Of a DNA stretch of 64,000 nucleotides, positions 59,793 to 64,000 are shown one piece after another. Where the stretch lies: the NCBI GenBank assembly GCA_008632985.1, contig QPGO01000143.1, positions 62,001-126,000 on the forward strand, written 5' to 3'. Below the pieces are notes generated by a model. The model worked only from the letters and a program-made list of their open reading frames with translations. It was not told the DNA's origin and made no database searches. The first letter of the stretch is position 1. Each line of letters begins with the position of its first letter. This DNA comes from Psammoneis japonica. Lineage: Eukaryota. Both the position numbers and the translations under genes were made by a program.

Positions 59793-61336
59793 GATGAATT
59801 GTATCAAAAGTGTTGCTATACACAAACTTCCTTGTCGAGCAGTTGAGTAATCGCTTCCGATGTAGCAAATGAGAAGATCTCATTTCCTCGCGTCGCCAAC
59901 TCAGAAGCGAACAGCAGATGATGGTGTGGCTCTCATCGCTTGATCCCAATCCGCCGCGCCTCCACGTGGGATCATCCTCGACGGCGTTTGGCGGCGACCC
60001 GCAGAGTTTTATTATATATGGGAGAATAAATATAAAATTAAAATAAGAAAAGTTCATTATAATTTATAGTACATTATCAAAAACATAAGTATGGATACTA
60101 AGGAATCATTCTTACTATCGCATATATAGAGCTAAATCAATCTGCACCGAGCATGTCTGGCCTTAATGAACTCGCCGTTGCTTTTCAGAAATTTGAATGC
60201 TGAGGGCAACGCCAAAAGAGACCAACTGCCAAATCAACGATGAGAAAGTAATCGTATCACTGTTTTGCCGTGTGCACACTGAGCTTCATCACCATGCCGC
60301 CCAAGAAAAAGCAAAAGACTGGAGATGGCGGCACTCCAAGAATCAATGCCAAAATGACACTTGCTCAGCTCAAGGAAGAGGCCAAGGCTCGCATGCTGGA
60401 CCTCAAGAAGATTCCAAGTTAAAGGCCGAATTGCTACATCACTTGGTTGATGGTTCGATCCATGTCTTTGAAAGCCCCGAGTACAAGGCCTATCTGGCGC
60501 TCTTGGAAAAAGTAAAGAGTCAACAAGAAGACCTTGCTGAATCGTCCTGTCAAAAGAAAGTGGAAGCTGAAGCCAAGAAGGAAGAGCAGAGGCAGAAACG
60601 AATCAAAAGAGAAGAGCAGAAAAGAGAGAAAGAGCGCCAAGAGCAAGCTGCTGTCCGAAAACAAGAGATTGCCAGGCAAAAGTCGTTGCACACACATTCA
60701 TTCCCAAATGTTCACAACTGTCGTTGGCGAAAACTTGCCAATTGACGCTTCATGGCAAGCCTCGTGGGGAAGTCTGTAGCTGCAATTTGTGCAAAAACCG
60801 CCATGGCAGTGGATGTTATTTTAGCAGTGGTCCCATTGGCGAGACAGCTGTGTGCAGCTGTAACAAATGTGATTGGGACATTTGCAAAACGTGCTTTGAC
60901 AAGGAAAACAAGAGTGAAGAGGAAAAAGCACAAATTCGAGCTGAGGAGGCTCGAATCCGAGCCGAGGAACGTCGACGACAAGAAGAAGAAGCAGAGCGTT
61001 GGGAAAAAGAGCAAGCCCAATGAGAAGTAGAGGAGAAGAGGCGATGGAATGCAAAAACGCGATTTTCCGAATCGATCAAGACTCTGTCGAAATCTCATCT
61101 CAATCCAAAAAATGGTGCTTCCACAAAGGACAAATGCATTGTGTGGTGCTCTGATGGTTGTGATGATGATGGATGGCATTCCCATCAAGGCGAGCCAGCA
61201 AAAGAGTTTGATTCTGTATGGAACACCAAGAAAGAAGCAAACGAAAGAGCAGAGTGCTTGTTCTTTTGGAAGAATCCTTGGGGCATGGCGCCAAACCAGG
61301 TCTCAGATGATGACGGAGATCCAGAAGCTGACATCA

Positions 61337-62172
61337 CAATGGGAATCATTCGAAAATGTCGCATGAGTCACAATGTTTTACACAGGGAAAAACACAAAAT
61401 TGTGCAGAAATGTACACAATGTCATACGAGAGAGTGATTAGAGCTAACAACTTTTCGGGAACTGAACAAGCCATGTGCACTGGTGCAAAAATCACGTAGA
61501 TATTCTACGTAGAAAAAATTATAAAAATTAGGGTTTGGGCCGATTTTTTTCTCCTGCTTCTACCGTGCTTCTCTGCTCCACCGACGCCTCAAGGAATCGT
61601 TTTCCCCTGAAACCATTGACACTTTACATGATGACTTTTACATGAGTAACACGATTCTGTGCGTGAACACTTCAAAATTCCATTTTCAGAAATTCGATCA
61701 ACACTTCACCACGGCACCACCACGGTAAACATTTTCCAATGATGGAATTTTGCCGAACGGTGGACATCGTCGTGTTTGTCATCAAAAAGTAAGTACGCAA
61801 AGTGTCAACCGTTATGACTGAAATCGATTCCTTGAGGTCGTGGCCTATTTTTCGCAAAGCACGGGAAAAGCACGACGAACAAGATATTCTACGCGAATTT
61901 TCTACGTGAGTTTTGTACCAGAAATCGGCCCAAACCCTGTTTTTCGGGACTCATAACCCCTGCACATGGCTTATTGAAATGCTATCTGATCGACGGTATT
62001 GGCCTTCACTATGTGTGAATCAAAATACCGTCGATCAGATAGCATTTCAATTGATTTCCCAAGAAGTTGATATTCATATACGGACTGATGGACAGACTCA
62101 TTATAATTATTTTTGGTACTGTCCTACACAATTTCTACGTGATGACTCTGAGGACCCGAATGATTCCTATTG
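61337..62172. mobile_element. MITE-like element (about 330 bp plus nested insertion) with 16-bp TIRs and internal 28-bp hairpin
   Basis: CAATGGGAATCATTCG … CGAATGATTCCTATTG; homolog at 3715..4045; perfect inverted arms 61973-62000 / 62024-62051. Confidence 0.8.
61467..61973. mobile_element. Nested about 505-bp non-autonomous DNA element
   Basis: Absent from the homologous copy at about 3910 (empty site gggaactga|g|ttgaaatg). TIR aagccatgtgca/tgcacatggctt plus subterminal inverted blocks. Confidence 0.8.
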
Positions 62173-62643
62173 GAATGGTTTAAAGTCGTGGACGGTTTCT
62201 CCACCAGATAGCAGCCGCTGGTCGGTTGGAGTCATTCCCACTGTGGCGTATGAGCATCTCCCCAATGCCACTACGCGACGTCACAACTATGATGATGGTA
62301 GCGAACCCAAAGGATACGAAGAACCCAATTCTTACCTCGATTTCGGGTACTAATAAAGTTTCAGTCTATATGTCATTTTTCCCACCATAATGTGGACTGA
62401 TAGGATTCTAATATATCTGGTAGATGTTGTTGCCTTGCAGAGGAGACGTACACGGTTTGTCATGTTTCGTTTACTCATTCTTAGCAGCGTCTGTCGTGAA
62501 CACTACACAGAAGTCGTAGTCGCGAGAAGCCTGTAATTCCTCCCACCTGCAGCGAGTGGTTATACTGCAATAGGTTATGCGAATATAATCCTCGCATTGT
62601 TTTCCAGTTTAGAATGTCGTTGAGTTTCTGTTGTGTGGATCGT

Positions 62644-64000
62644 TCACCACAAAAAGTCAACCAAGGACGGGCCACGAGAAGAATCCCCTCCACCAAGCAA
62701 CGTTTTCGCCAGAGAAACGATTTCCTTTCCAAACGCCACATGAGGCTCATCAGCCGACTGTGGAATGATACCTTTGCTCAAAGGACGTCCCATGATTGAA
62801 TTGGCAGCTTCCATGCCTGTCACATATGCCTTTTCCTGACTCCATGTATCCCGGCGACGCACAATGTCACCTACAAAGTAGACGTTCTTCACTTGATTGG
62901 ATTTCAAGTCCGGCATGTGAGAATACGAGCCTGGATAATACCAGTTTACAGCGTTTGGAAGTCGAACTACCGCGGCATCTACTACAGAGGCGGATTTGCA
63001 TTCGCTTCCCAGCATTGTGTCGAGATCGTCCTTTACTTTGGCCACGATAGATTCGTCGTCCATCACCAAGAGATTTGAAGCATGGTAGAAATCCACCTCC
63101 AATACAGAGCCGGGGGCGTCCGCAACAGTTTCGCCATCAAGTCCATGAATTGTGGAAATGTCAAACATTGTCATTCCAACATCGCTGTCAAATCCCCAAC
63201 ACGCATTGGCCGAGTACGGAACGTCAATGGTACGATCTAGAAAGATTCGAGTCGCCAAGACGCTTGTTCCACGCAGATTGGCAAATCTTCGAAACTCAGA
63301 GTACTTTGACAAGTCAGGACTATAACGAACCATTGCATTCAGAGCTTCACCTCCCACTGCAAACACAACCGTATCTGCCTCCAAGTTCATTTCAGTCCCG
63401 TCGCTTGTTTTACATTTGATTCCAGACATGATATTGTCGTCTCCAATATCGAACCCAACCACACGAGTCGAGGTTTGAAACTTCACTCCATTGTCCTTCA
63501 TGACTTCTACCCACGGATCAAATATGGCAGATCCAATGTTTCCCTTACACCACTGAACGTCAAACGACTGCTGACTCGCCAGCACAAAAAAGTACGCCAT
63601 TCCCAGAGCCGCCGCGGCACTGCATTCCGCGCCGGGAGCAAACAATCCGGTCAAAATCATGGGTTCAAAGGCTTCTTGGTAGCATTTTCTGGAAACACCC
63701 AAGCGAATGCACAAGTCTCGAAAGGAAACGCGGTCGTATTTTTCCCACGCCTCGTGGCTATTGTCAAACTCGGAAAAGGCCAGCACCAAGGGCAAGGCGG
63801 TCGCTCGGTCGAGTAAACTCAGGTTTGTAAATTTCGTGTATACGGCTTGTGCCAATCCTGTCGGCAGCTTGACAGCTTGGTCTTGATACACGGGCCAGAC
63901 TGCTTCCAACCCGTTTGGTGAGTACTGTCCTTGTTCCGCAAAATCCGTCAACACGTCGTCCTTGTTAAGATTGGGCAAATCTTCCATTAATTTATAAATG
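62644..64000 (-). CDS. FAD-dependent amine-oxidase / carotene-desaturase-like oxidoreductase, 5' part outside window
   Basis: FAPGAECSAAAALG, EADTVVFAVG, NVYFVGD, WSQEKAYVTGMEAAN; the frame stays open to the window edge. Confidence 0.85.
   Translation of the reverse strand, partial: IYKLMEDLPNLNKDDVLTDFAEQGQYSPNGLEAVWPVYQDQAVKLPTGLAQAVYTKFTNLSLLDRATALPLVLAFSEFDNSHEAWEKYDRVSFRDLCIRLGVSRKCYQEAFEPMILTGLFAPGAECSAAAALGMAYFFVLASQQSFDVQWCKGNIGSAIFDPWVEVMKDNGVKFQTSTRVVGFDIGDDNIMSGIKCKTSDGTEMNLEADTVVFAVGGEALNAMVRYSPDLSKYSEFRRFANLRGTSVLATRIFLDRTIDVPYSANACWGFDSDVGMTMFDISTIHGLDGETVADAPGSVLEVDFYHASNLLVMDDESIVAKVKDDLDTMLGSECKSASVVDAAVVRLPNAVNWYYPGSYSHMPDLKSNQVKNVYFVGDIVRRRDTWSQEKAYVTGMEAANSIMGRPLSKGIIPQSADEPHVAFGKEIVSLAKTLLGGGDSSRGPSLVDFLW

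Larger units (their letters stand above)
60294..62353 (+). pseudogene. Disrupted gene (SAP-like N-terminus, coiled coil, Cys-rich Zn finger) interrupted by nested MITEs
   Basis: MPPKKKQK…MTLAQLKEEAKARML…KAELL. Frameshifts at about 60418 and 60722, in-frame TGA at 61021 (probably CGA>TGA), MITE at 61337-62172, coding-like tail GLKSWTVSPPDSSRWSVG…DFGY*. Confidence 0.6.

Noticed and set aside
1..64000. tRNA or rRNA genes
   Set aside because: No convincing cloverleaf or rRNA-conserved sequence was recognised by eye.

Overview
This is eukaryotic nuclear DNA, most likely from a diatom (inference). The evidence is short GT-AG introns, a plastid-targeted bestrophin with an ASAFAP-type signal, a bHLH-PAS factor, silaffin/cingulin-like secreted peptides and eukaryotic RPL34/RPL36. 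Ordinary gene-rich blocks alternate with sharply bounded repeat/pseudogene domains (about 2.7-5.9 kb, 12.5-24.8 kb, 27.8-29.3 kb and a complete Ty3/Gypsy element at 41.26-46.89 kb) in which the dinucleotide TpA has almost vanished. Three internal comparisons show TA replaced by TG or CA, i.e. A-to-G at TpA on both strands: the two LTRs, a gene versus its adjacent dead copy, and two copies of a MITE. Conserved Tyr residues of the retrotransposon enzymes have also become Cys or His. This looks like a repeat-directed A-to-G hypermutation system, the mirror image of fungal RIP, and is the main candidate novelty. No gene for the responsible enzyme is visible in the window. Secondary points of interest are a bacterial-type M23 peptidase with tandem repeats that has acquired introns, a DEG/ENaC channel, a lipase-3/GTPase fusion and a small family of secreted MKFS...RRL...FK* peptides. 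Several host genes carry single frameshifts that may be assembly indel errors. All counts were made by eye and are approximate.
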